In this document: piece by piece, positions 54,090-63,083 of the stretch
Layout: each line of letters opens with the position of its first letter
Numbering within the stretch: the stretch's first letter is position 1
IMG/VR virus record: IMGVR_UViG_3300042542_006078
DNA from: a virus
Taxonomy: Duplodnaviria; Caudoviricetes
Length of the DNA stretch: 64,000 nt
Direction: 5' to 3' (one strand)
Translations under genes and position numbers: made by a program
Notes under the pieces: model-generated
Told to the model about the DNA's origin: nothing
The model's input: only the letters and a program-made list of their open reading frames with translations
The model's database searches: none

Positions 54090-56114
54090 ATGAAGAGAAA
54101 ACTTATTTCTTACGATGTCTTCAAGAATCTTGAAGAAAGCTCATTGACACATGTGGAAAAGGAACTCATTGAAGCTGAAGAATTACTTGCGGCAAGCCTC
54201 GGACTTGACGAAGTACAACTTCACGCATTTGGTGAATCTGATGTTACTTATAAGACATCAGACGACAATTTTATTCATGCCACCTATACTGTCTCCGACA
54301 ATCAGGTGATTCTTGAAAACATTGAACTCCTTGTTGTTGAAGAAGAAAGCGCAAAGTCAGCAGCCCGCCAAACAATCAGCGTTATGATCGACAAGCTTCT
54401 TGAGAACGACAACAACGCAGCAAGTGAACTTTTCGAGTCTTACATGTCAATGCCTTCAGTTAAGAGGGAAATGTCTGTAAACGAAGCAGTTAAGATCGGA
54501 AAGAAGAAATCACCTCTCGCAGGCAAGAAGCAAAGCCCTGCAACAATTCTTAAGAGAAAGCTTGCTCGCAACGCAAAAATTTCCAGAATGTCGCCAGCAG
54601 AAAGAGCAGCAAAGCTAGGTCGCCCCAAGGGCAAAAAAAGCGGCAAGGCAAAGTTCTATGCATCAAAGCTCAAGCCTAAAACCATGAAGGAATGGGCAAG
54701 AATGTGCGAGAATGTTCTTGGATACATCAATTTTGTTGAAAATGGATCAGTACTCAGCGAAACAGCAGTCAAGTCTGATGATAATGGCAATGTAAGCGCA
54801 GTGGCCATGCCTTCAAGCAAAAACCGTAAAGAAGGAAAAGTTCTAAGCATGGGATTCAAGACCATGGACACAGAACTAAAAGTTCTCCGTGGAAACATGA
54901 AGAATATCAGTGAAGATCAAACTTTCGTCAAGGCCATGTCTGATCTGAAGCGTTACAACAATATCAGCGATAACAGGGCTCTTGAAGAAACCCTTGAGGC
55001 AATAGTTTCCAGATGGCCAGACATTCTTTACATCAGCGAAACAGAACTTGCACAGCAGATTGACTCAGCTTTGTCTTCAGCAAGCGTCAGCAATTACGAT
55101 GACGATACTTGCTCATTCATGGCAGAAGCAATTCTTCGCACAGCACACAATGTGTTCACCGATAGAGTTCGCAAGATTGCACACCTCGCTGGATACGGCA
55201 AGGATGTAAGCAGCGACTGCAATGACTGCGAAGACGCTTATCGTGAATTTTCAAGCGTTTCACAGAATTTGTTCAACCAGCTTGATGAAAACCACAACAA
55301 CGAAGTTCGCATCTTTGGCGACCTTTACAGCGCACTCAACGACATCTACCGCATCGCAAACGAAAGCGGAGATGAAGCAACAAGAGTCGAAGTTGCCGAT
55401 ATGATGCGTGAATGTTATGCAATTATGAACTCAACCAGACTTCCAGACATGGAACTCGCTGAATCAATCGCTGACTTCCTCGCAGAACTCATCGAGAGCG
55501 AAGGTGGAGATCATTCACAAAAAGGATGGGATCAAGGTGTCGAAATTGACGCTCTTGGCGACAACTCAATGACCAAGTGGAACGCAAAGCAGTATGCTGT
55601 TCCTTCTAACAATAGCGGCGACTGGAGAGATGCCGCTCCTGTTAGCGATGGCAAGTCTTATCACGGCAACTCAAATGAAATGGGACACAACGCCCTTGCA
55701 AACTATGGCAAAGACACTTGGCCAAATGTTCAAAATCCATTCACGCCAAAATCATTATTCGCAAAAATGAAAGAAAAAAGTGTAATCGATGATGAAGGTC
55801 TTGGAAGTTTCCAGAAGGATACTTGGCCAAACCTCCACAACCCAATGGCTCCAAAGCCAGTTATGCCAAAAATGGTTGAAGGATACGGACAATCATTCGA
55901 TGGAACAAAATACGGAAAAGTAGATAATTCTAGTCAGATCGCCATTCCAAGACAAATGATCAATGATGCTGAAATACAAATTAACTCAGCACGAAGAAAA
56001 GGCGATAAAGAGTTAGCCTTTAGACTTGCAAGAAAACTCAAGGATGATCTAACACAGTTTGGCTACGCTTGGCAAAGAGATCCTCACGCAACTGATTTAA
56101 TTCAACAAAAATAA
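54090..56114 (+). CDS. Large prohead core / internal head protein (putative)
   Basis: Directly upstream of gp21; acidic with many [LIV]xE sites and one strongly basic K/R segment. Confidence 0.6.
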   Translation: MKRKLISYDVFKNLEESSLTHVEKELIEAEELLAASLGLDEVQLHAFGESDVTYKTSDDNFIHATYTVSDNQVILENIELLVVEEESAKSAARQTISVMIDKLLENDNNAASELFESYMSMPSVKREMSVNEAVKIGKKKSPLAGKKQSPATILKRKLARNAKISRMSPAERAAKLGRPKGKKSGKAKFYASKLKPKTMKEWARMCENVLGYINFVENGSVLSETAVKSDDNGNVSAVAMPSSKNRKEGKVLSMGFKTMDTELKVLRGNMKNISEDQTFVKAMSDLKRYNNISDNRALEETLEAIVSRWPDILYISETELAQQIDSALSSASVSNYDDDTCSFMAEAILRTAHNVFTDRVRKIAHLAGYGKDVSSDCNDCEDAYREFSSVSQNLFNQLDENHNNEVRIFGDLYSALNDIYRIANESGDEATRVEVADMMRECYAIMNSTRLPDMELAESIADFLAELIESEGGDHSQKGWDQGVEIDALGDNSMTKWNAKQYAVPSNNSGDWRDAAPVSDGKSYHGNSNEMGHNALANYGKDTWPNVQNPFTPKSLFAKMKEKSVIDDEGLGSFQKDTWPNLHNPMAPKPVMPKMVEGYGQSFDGTKYGKVDNSSQIAIPRQMINDAEIQINSARRKGDKELAFRLARKLKDDLTQFGYAWQRDPHATDLIQQK

Positions 56115-56124
56115 AGGAGTATAA

Positions 56125-56811
56125 ATGGAAAATCAATTCCTTCTAGTTGATTGCTGCAACAACGGAGGATTTACCATGAGTCTTAACGAGTCAGTCTCCG
56201 ATAGGGGACTGACTAAGTTCAAAGGTAAATTCCAAGAAGCAGAAGCAATCAATAAAAATAAAAGAATCTATCCATACGGAGTTCTTGACGAAAATGTTAA
56301 GAAACTTCTGCCGATTATCCAAAACCGTGGCCTGATCGGAGAACTCGATCACCCAACCGATTCTATAATCCACTTTGAAAAATGCTCTCACATTGTTACT
56401 AAACTATGGTGGGAAGGCAACAACCTAATGGGAGAGGGAGAAATCCTCAATACACCACATGGGAAAATTCTAAAGGCCCTACTGAACGATGGAGTTCGTG
56501 TGGGGATATCAAGCCGTGGAGTAGGAAACGGAAGAAGCGACGAGAATGGAATCCTTGTGATTGGTGAAAGCTACAAACTCATTACCTTCGATGCTGTAGC
56601 AGATCCAAGCACACACTCAGCATTTCAGGAGAAAGTGTCGAGTGGTAAGAAAGAAAGTTATGCCCCAACTGCAAATAATGCAGAAATTTCTAAAAATGCG
56701 GTTAAAAACGAAAGTAGCCGCATACATAATGTCAGAAAAGATGCATTGTTGGCTTGTTTGGGCGGAATAATCGAACAACAAACACGAAACATTACAGCGA
56801 GGTTAGGCTAA
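56125..56811 (+). CDS. gp21: Prohead core protease gp21
   Basis: FQEAEAINKNKRIYP; GELDHP; ILNTPHG; VGISSRGVG; ITFDAVADPST. Confidence 0.95.
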   Translation: MENQFLLVDCCNNGGFTMSLNESVSDRGLTKFKGKFQEAEAINKNKRIYPYGVLDENVKKLLPIIQNRGLIGELDHPTDSIIHFEKCSHIVTKLWWEGNNLMGEGEILNTPHGKILKALLNDGVRVGISSRGVGNGRSDENGILVIGESYKLITFDAVADPSTHSAFQEKVSSGKKESYAPTANNAEISKNAVKNESSRIHNVRKDALLACLGGIIEQQTRNITARLG

Positions 56812-57710
56812 TGGACAAGATCGTAGAAGCATTGAAGAATCTCCTACCGGAGAATGAAGTTAATGAAGTCGCTAACGCCGTTGGCGAACTACTTGAGCAG
56901 GCCAAGGAATCCCTTGAATTTGAGTATAATCAGAAACTTGAGGAAGCCTATGCCGAACTCACCAGCGAACTAGCTGAGGCTGAAAAGATTGCAGAACAAG
57001 GCTATGAAGAAGCCTACTCAATAATTGGAGACCTCAGAAATCGCCTTGAAGTTCAAGGTCAGGAATATAACTCCGCTCTCGAAGAAGGATATGAAGAAGC
57101 ATACCAGATGCTTAAATCTGAAAGAGCTAAGAACGAAAACCTTGAAGTCGATATGTATGAAGAATACGACCATAAACTGGCCGAGATGAAAGAATACATC
57201 GTTGACAAGGTCGATCAGTTCCTCCAGATCAAGGGCAGCGAAATCTACGAACAAGCCCGCCGTGATGTTCTCACAGACCCAAGACTTGCAGAACACAAGG
57301 TCGCTCTCGACAAGATCGTTAATATCGCCTCAAACTACATCAGCAATGATGAATACGGTGTAAGCGGCGAAAGACTTGAAGAAGCTACCCGTGAAGTTGA
57401 AGCTATGAGGGGCCAAATGAGAATCCTTGAAGCAAGAAACATTCGTATCAGCACCGAAAACACCAAGCTGAACGAAGCAGTTCGTCAAGCTAATGACCTC
57501 ATCACCGAAAGCCGCAGATTTGTGGCCAAGGAAAGGAAGTCAGCAGTTATTTCCGAACAGAATGAAAGAGCGCAGAAAGCAAAGAATGTATCGGGGAGAG
57601 GAAGCATTTCCAGCGATAATGTTGTTATTTCGGAACATAACAACTCCTCTGCTGGAGGTTCTGACATGGACCAATTGTTGGTCCTGTCGGGTCTGAAACA
57701 AACTAAGTAA
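56811..57710 (+). CDS. gp22: Prohead scaffolding protein (gp22-like)
   Basis: Acidic coiled coil between protease and MCP; TAATG coupled start at 56811. Confidence 0.8.
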   Translation: MDKIVEALKNLLPENEVNEVANAVGELLEQAKESLEFEYNQKLEEAYAELTSELAEAEKIAEQGYEEAYSIIGDLRNRLEVQGQEYNSALEEGYEEAYQMLKSERAKNENLEVDMYEEYDHKLAEMKEYIVDKVDQFLQIKGSEIYEQARRDVLTDPRLAEHKVALDKIVNIASNYISNDEYGVSGERLEEATREVEAMRGQMRILEARNIRISTENTKLNEAVRQANDLITESRRFVAKERKSAVISEQNERAQKAKNVSGRGSISSDNVVISEHNNSSAGGSDMDQLLVLSGLKQTK

Positions 57711-57741
57711 CTCCTTTTAGCTTAAAGAATAGGAAAAACAT

Positions 57742-59178
57742 ATGAACGCTAATTCTAGATTTTTGAACGAGGCTAGGGAGCTAGAAACTCGTTGGAAGCA
57801 GACCGGACTCCTTGAAGGCATTCAAGATCGTTATGTCCGCTCCGCTACCGCAGTTCTGCTCGAAAACCAGAGACTCATGAACGAAGTCTCAACCGATACT
57901 GGAGATGTCGCACAGTTCAAGAGGATTTCAATTCCACTTGTTCGTCGTATCTACCCACAGCTTATCGCAAATAAGATCGTTTCCGTACAGCCTCTCCTTG
58001 GCCCAACCGGCTTGGTCTACTATCTCCGCTTCCGTTATTCAAGCAACAAGGGCGCTACCCGTGGTGCTGACAATAACGGCGGATTCCCCGGCGACGATGC
58101 CAACTCACTCATGCAGAGAGCCGATGGTACTGCCAATCTCGACATCTTCTATTCCAGCCAGTTCATCCAGAATGAAACAACCAGCACTGATGCTGGCGCT
58201 GGTGTTGTAAGCGTGTTCGCTCCTCTTGAACACACGCCAATCCTTGCCGGAACAATAACAGGCACTATCTATGATGGCGCTACTGCTATTCAAACATTCA
58301 CCGTGTCTGCTAGCGGAACTTTCACCTTCTCAGATATCGGCTCTCCTTCACCAAAGGTTACATCTGGTACTCTTCAGACAACCACAGGCGAACTCACCCT
58401 TACTTGGAACGGCGCTCCCGGCTCAAACAACGCAGTTTTGAGCTACGAATACAACATGGAGTGCAACCAAGATCTTCCTGAAATCAATCTCGTAATTGAA
58501 TCAGAAGAAATCGCTGCTAAGACCCGTAAGCTCAAGGCTGTATGGTCTTATGAAGCACAGCAGGATCTTCGCTCACAGCACAATCTTGACGCTGAAGCTG
58601 AACTCACCGCTGTTCTCGCTCAGGAAATCAACCTCGAAATCGACCGTGAAGTTCTCACCGATCTTCGCAACAACGCAGGTACTGTCTCAGCTTGGGACTT
58701 CAACACTGCACTCGGCGAAACGATCAAGGAAAAGTACGAAAGCCTTTATGTTAAGGTTGTCGAAATTTCCAATGTCATCCACAGAAAGACCCTTCGTGGT
58801 GGCGCAAACTTCATCGTGACCTCACCTGAAGTTGCTTCAATCTTTGAAACAGCAACAGCCGGTTTCGCTCCTGCACCTTCTGAAACCTTCACAAGCTCAC
58901 TCGGCATCCAGTATGTCGGCACCGTGAACAATCGCTGGAGACTCTACAAAGATCCTCTCTTCCCAAGCAATCAGTTGTTGATGGGTTACAAGGGCGACTC
59001 TTACATGGACAGCGGATACTTCTACTGCCCATATGTTCCATTGACCCAGACACCAGTTGTTCTCGATCCAGAGAGCTTCTGCCCACGCAAGGGAATTCTC
59101 ACTCGCTATGGAAAAAAGCTGCTTCGTGAGGGGGCAAAATTTTACGCACGCCTCAGTATTGCTAATTTCGTCATCTGA
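57742..59178 (+). CDS. gp23: Major capsid protein gp23
   Basis: TAVLLENQ; PLVRR; VSVQPL.GPTGL; AKTRKLKAVWSYEAQQDL...DAEAEL...EINLEIDRE; GYFYCPYVPL; TRYG. Confidence 0.97.
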   Translation: MNANSRFLNEARELETRWKQTGLLEGIQDRYVRSATAVLLENQRLMNEVSTDTGDVAQFKRISIPLVRRIYPQLIANKIVSVQPLLGPTGLVYYLRFRYSSNKGATRGADNNGGFPGDDANSLMQRADGTANLDIFYSSQFIQNETTSTDAGAGVVSVFAPLEHTPILAGTITGTIYDGATAIQTFTVSASGTFTFSDIGSPSPKVTSGTLQTTTGELTLTWNGAPGSNNAVLSYEYNMECNQDLPEINLVIESEEIAAKTRKLKAVWSYEAQQDLRSQHNLDAEAELTAVLAQEINLEIDREVLTDLRNNAGTVSAWDFNTALGETIKEKYESLYVKVVEISNVIHRKTLRGGANFIVTSPEVASIFETATAGFAPAPSETFTSSLGIQYVGTVNNRWRLYKDPLFPSNQLLMGYKGDSYMDSGYFYCPYVPLTQTPVVLDPESFCPRKGILTRYGKKLLREGAKFYARLSIANFVI

Positions 59179-59210
59179 TTTTTATGCACGATTTACTATC
59201 GCAAACCCAA

Positions 59211-59244
59211 GAAAACCCCGGAAAAACCGGGGTTTTCCCTTTTT
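59211..59244 (+). terminator. Intrinsic terminator after the MCP gene
   Basis: 11-bp stem gaaaaccccgg / ccggggttttc, loop aaaaa, T tail. Confidence 0.88.
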
Positions 59245-59347
59245 ACAAGCATCTAAATATTTTCTTAAAATTGCTGAAAAAATCCTTGATTTCTAAAATT
59301 TGCTTACTATAATACCTTTGCGGGGCAATAAGAAAAAGAGGTGTTAC

Positions 59348-60877
59348 ATGGAACCGAACATCATCGTGATGAATGAGTTGAATCAGAATAAGCATTGGGC
59401 TAAGGAAGTCCTTGAAGTTGCCCGCAAAACAAATCCAAATTCATTCCTTTTCTATAAACATGAATTCATAAAAAAAGAACAACAGATCAAATCACATGTT
59501 AATTCATACACAAGCAACAACATGAGATCGGTTTTTGCAAGAAAATGCAAAGTAACAGCAATTGAAACTGATGTGATGAGAAAATTCTGTAATAAATATC
59601 ACATTCAAGGAGCAAACACCCTTGCGATTATTGCATTTGGAATATTTGAAGGAGATGAGCTTCTAGGAGTTCTTTCTTTGGGAAGACATCATCGCAACAA
59701 TGAAGATGTTTTGCTTGATAGGATGTGTTTTAAGAATAATGTAAGGGTAGTTGGTGGAGCCAGTAAATTATTTAATGCTGCTGTAGTTTGGGCAAAAGCT
59801 CAAGGAATCGATAAGATAATCAGCTTTAGTGATAATCGTTACAGTCTTGGAACTGTTTATGATAAACTCGGCTTTACTTTAGAAAGTGAATTGGTTCCTG
59901 ATTACTTTTATGTTGAGCGTGAAAATATTGAAAAGGCTTATAGCAAACAAAGCCAAAAAAAGCAGAATGTTGACTGTCCAGAAGGAATGACAGAAAGGCA
60001 ATGGGCAGAAGAAAGAGGTTTGGTTCAGGTTTATGACGCTGGAAAAAAGCGTTGGATATACAAACTTAGAAAAGTTGTTACAAATTCATTTGCTACTCGC
60101 AGGCATGGTTTTTATGAAACTAAAAAAAGCAGACCGAAAACAATTTATTATCAATCAAGCTATGAGTTAAGAGCGGCAACAATACTTGACAACGATGAAG
60201 CTGTTGATTTTTATACTACTCAAGTTACAGCTTCTATTGACGGAAGGGAAAGAATTATTGATTTTCTCGTTACATACAAATCTGGCGTTGTTTCAATAAT
60301 TGAAGTCAAACCAAGACTCAAAATAGAAGCATGTAAGCAACAAATTGAAGACAACAAGAAAATTGCTCGTGAAAACAGTTGGAGATTCCAGTTGTGGACA
60401 GAGACAGAACTGGGATTTGATTCTGAATACAAAGCTGTTTGTTGGGCTGACATGTTTCTTTCAGAAATACAAGGAATTGATTATGTAGAAGAAAGAAGAG
60501 ATCGTCGCAATGAAAGTGTGAAAAAACATTACAAAAAACATATAGCTACAAAAACTGTAGAAGTCCCCTGTGCCTTCTGTAATGAGGTTCATACGGCTCT
60601 GAGGCTGACTTATGACAAGAACATAGCTAGGAATGGGCGATACATTTGTGAGCGTGAGGGAGGGCATATAGCTGGCAGCAAACCTAAATTGAGTTTGAGG
60701 AAAGATAATCCCCATTCATGTGATGGTAAGAAGGAATGTAATAAGTGTAAGGAAGTTAAATTATTTGAGCAATTTAGTCCTGACAAGAGCAAGCGTGATG
60801 GATATTGTACTATGTGTAAGCCTTGTCGTTCTGAGAAGATGAAGGCTCTGTATGAGTCAAAGAAAAAGAAAAAATAA
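59348..60877 (+). CDS. Multidomain putative homing endonuclease: Hef-like/GNAT-like domain, TnsA-type PD-(D/E)XK domain and Zn ribbon
   Basis: ARKC...YHIQG...VVGGASKLF...ISFSDNRYSLGTVYDKLGF; YQSSYELR...IDFLVTY...IIEVKP; KECNKC...CTMCKPC. Confidence 0.7.
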   Translation: MEPNIIVMNELNQNKHWAKEVLEVARKTNPNSFLFYKHEFIKKEQQIKSHVNSYTSNNMRSVFARKCKVTAIETDVMRKFCNKYHIQGANTLAIIAFGIFEGDELLGVLSLGRHHRNNEDVLLDRMCFKNNVRVVGGASKLFNAAVVWAKAQGIDKIISFSDNRYSLGTVYDKLGFTLESELVPDYFYVERENIEKAYSKQSQKKQNVDCPEGMTERQWAEERGLVQVYDAGKKRWIYKLRKVVTNSFATRRHGFYETKKSRPKTIYYQSSYELRAATILDNDEAVDFYTTQVTASIDGRERIIDFLVTYKSGVVSIIEVKPRLKIEACKQQIEDNKKIARENSWRFQLWTETELGFDSEYKAVCWADMFLSEIQGIDYVEERRDRRNESVKKHYKKHIATKTVEVPCAFCNEVHTALRLTYDKNIARNGRYICEREGGHIAGSKPKLSLRKDNPHSCDGKKECNKCKEVKLFEQFSPDKSKRDGYCTMCKPCRSEKMKALYESKKKKK

Positions 60878-60958
60878 TTAGTATTTATAATATAAACAAT
60901 ATTTTATCTTCAAAAGATGAGGTCTTAAATTATTTTAACTTTTGTTGTGAATGTTTTG

Positions 60959-60966
60959 CATAAATA
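60959..60966 (+). promoter_or_regulatory. Putative late promoter core CATAAATA
   Basis: Immediately upstream of ATG 60971, with no room for an SD sequence between them. Confidence 0.4.
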
Positions 60967-60970
60967 ACAT

Positions 60971-61843
60971 ATGGAATTCCGTAATTTTATTGAAAACGCA
61001 TCATTAAATGAGTGTGTGGTTGCTGGTGTGCGACTACAGGATGGTGTTGTATTGGCCAAGAATCGTGATCGTGGATACAAGGCCAATGTTGAAATAATTC
61101 ATGAATTAATTAATGGTACAGAGGTTATGTACTGGCATGATATTGATACAGATTGGTGTGAAGGGATGAATGAGTATGGTTTAGGGATGGTGAGTAGTAG
61201 TTTGATGGTGAATCAGGATGAGAAGGAAGGATTGCGTGTTATAAATGGCAAGAAGGTTCCTGACGACAAGCATAAGAAGATAGTAACAAATGAGGGCAAT
61301 AAGATAAGGCAGGCTTTGTCGCATGTTAATCTTAAAGACATGGTTCATAGCATTGTGAATGGCAAGAATAAAAAGGGTAAGAATGTTGGTCTTCGTGGTC
61401 AGACATTGGTAAGTGATGGTGTTAATTTATATGCTTTAGAAATCACAAAAGATAGCAAGGTTGTTAAAAGGGTTTCGGATGATGATTCTGTGACTGTGAG
61501 AACAAATCATGGCATATATGACAAAGAAGCTGGTTATAACAAGGGTAGGAAGAAGGAGTCTTCTCACAGCAGGATGAATTTGGCTCAGAAGAATTTGGTG
61601 GATGTTAATTTGCCAAGTGATGTTTTGGACATTTTGAAAAAAAAATATGTATCTGATCCATTTTTGAATCCTTACAGGACAAAGAGTCCATGGTTGATGC
61701 ATACGACTGGTCAAATTTTATTGGATTTGAAAAATTTGCGTGTTATGGTCAGGATGGATAAGGACGAGGGTGTATTTCGTGGTATTGTAAATAACTTGCC
61801 TATTGGTTATAATTCAAAGATCAGGGTTGTTGTTGAGCATTAA
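60971..61843 (+). CDS. Ntn-hydrolase (C45/C59-like) with a 14-aa N-terminal leader
   Basis: LNE|CVVAG...LAKNRD; EGMNEYGL; RTNHG; S..R fit a Cys-nucleophile Ntn fold. Confidence 0.72.
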   Translation: MEFRNFIENASLNECVVAGVRLQDGVVLAKNRDRGYKANVEIIHELINGTEVMYWHDIDTDWCEGMNEYGLGMVSSSLMVNQDEKEGLRVINGKKVPDDKHKKIVTNEGNKIRQALSHVNLKDMVHSIVNGKNKKGKNVGLRGQTLVSDGVNLYALEITKDSKVVKRVSDDDSVTVRTNHGIYDKEAGYNKGRKKESSHSRMNLAQKNLVDVNLPSDVLDILKKKYVSDPFLNPYRTKSPWLMHTTGQILLDLKNLRVMVRMDKDEGVFRGIVNNLPIGYNSKIRVVVEH

Positions 61844-61878
61844 ATTAATTGTGATTGTTGAAAAAATAAAGGTTTCTT

Positions 61879-62253
61879 ATGCCTGATTTTTTTAAGCAAT
61901 CAAAAAGTCGTCTTTATGATTGTTCATCAATCAATCATGATGGTGTTTATATAGCCAGATATCAGTTAAGATTTGTTGGTTCTAGGTGGGTTGTTTGCGA
62001 GGATGTATACGATGGAATTATTGATAAGTGTGATTTGAATCGCCCTTTGATGTTTTGTGAATATGAGACTGCATATTTATCTTTATTTAGGCTTGCTAAA
62101 GATTATGAGAAGGCTGGTTTGAAAATTCCTGATTTTGAGATAGTTGCTATTGATTTTCGTGGCGACAATTGTTATTGTGTCAGGTTTGATGATCGTGAAA
62201 TAGAAATTATTGGTAAATCATATCATCTAAGCCGATTGTTGAAAAAGGAATGA
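61879..62253 (+). CDS. Hypothetical protein
   Basis: 124-aa ORF with an AAGG RBS. Confidence 0.6.
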   Translation: MPDFFKQSKSRLYDCSSINHDGVYIARYQLRFVGSRWVVCEDVYDGIIDKCDLNRPLMFCEYETAYLSLFRLAKDYEKAGLKIPDFEIVAIDFRGDNCYCVRFDDREIEIIGKSYHLSRLLKKE

Positions 62254-62382
62254 TTTTCACCAAATTGACATAGTCAAATTTCTAAGTGTTTGTTGGTTTA
62301 CATAAATAAATTGGATGTTTCATCATATGAAAAAATTAAGTATTTTTTCAAGGAGAAAAATGGGAGCATCTTCAGTAACAGG
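62238..62382 (+). repeat. Direct repeat copy 1 (~145 bp) spanning promoter core, RBS and first codons
   Basis: Aligns with 63084-63229: gttgaaaaaggaatgattttcaccaaat...cataaataaatt...atgggagcatcttcagtaacagg. Confidence 0.9.
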
Positions 62383-62941
62383 TACAGGCAACGGAGCAGT
62401 AGAGAATTCTTTTCCGAGAATTCAAAATAATGTAAAAATACTAAACCTAGCAGCAGATGTGAATTCAGCAATTGCTAACGCATCATCTTCCTCTGAAATT
62501 TCGATTATAGTGTCGTATACCAATTCGGTTGTATCGCTTCCTGTTCATCAGATATCTGCATCCGATGATGGAAAACTGTTTTTATTAGATCATGGACCAA
62601 ATGGATTTATAACATTGCCAGAATTAAGCACTACTACAATTGGGCAGAAATTTCGATTTTTAACCACAGTTCGCCCAGATCAATTTTTCATCCAGTGCTA
62701 TCCTTTTTCTGATTCAATGACTGGTAGTCTAACGCTATATAAAAATGGCGTAGCTGAAACTAGAACTTTTGCTGCCAGTGCTACGAGTAACAAAATCGAA
62801 TATGGAACCAATAATAGCACTGGTGGCATCATAGGAAGTTATGTGGTAGCGATTAGTTTGGGAACTATTTACTGGATACAAGGAGATGTCATTGCAGATG
62901 GTGGTCAAACTGTAAGTAATCCCTTTGGCACGAATACATAA
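62360..62941 (+). CDS. Putative virion (decoration-type) protein
   Basis: MGASSVTG start after AAGGAG; DDGKLFLL....ITLP......GQKFRF beta-sandwich pattern common in phage structural proteins. Confidence 0.6.
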   Translation: MGASSVTGTGNGAVENSFPRIQNNVKILNLAADVNSAIANASSSSEISIIVSYTNSVVSLPVHQISASDDGKLFLLDHGPNGFITLPELSTTTIGQKFRFLTTVRPDQFFIQCYPFSDSMTGSLTLYKNGVAETRTFAASATSNKIEYGTNNSTGGIIGSYVVAISLGTIYWIQGDVIADGGQTVSNPFGTNT

Positions 62942-63083
62942 ATAGAAAAATAAATCTTATAAAATTGTTTGCGAGTCAGATGGAGGAACTTGGTTGCCAT
63001 TTGAACCTTTAACTGAATCGAGGGGCAACAAGAATTTTTACAAGGAATATGTTTGGTTAAAGTGATTGCAAAGAAGAAAGAAG

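Noticed and set aside
62946-63065. 40-codon open stretch (KNKSYKIVCESDGG...) before repeat copy 2, a possible pseudogene
   Set aside because: No start codon or RBS, and no recognisable similarity to neighbouring genes.
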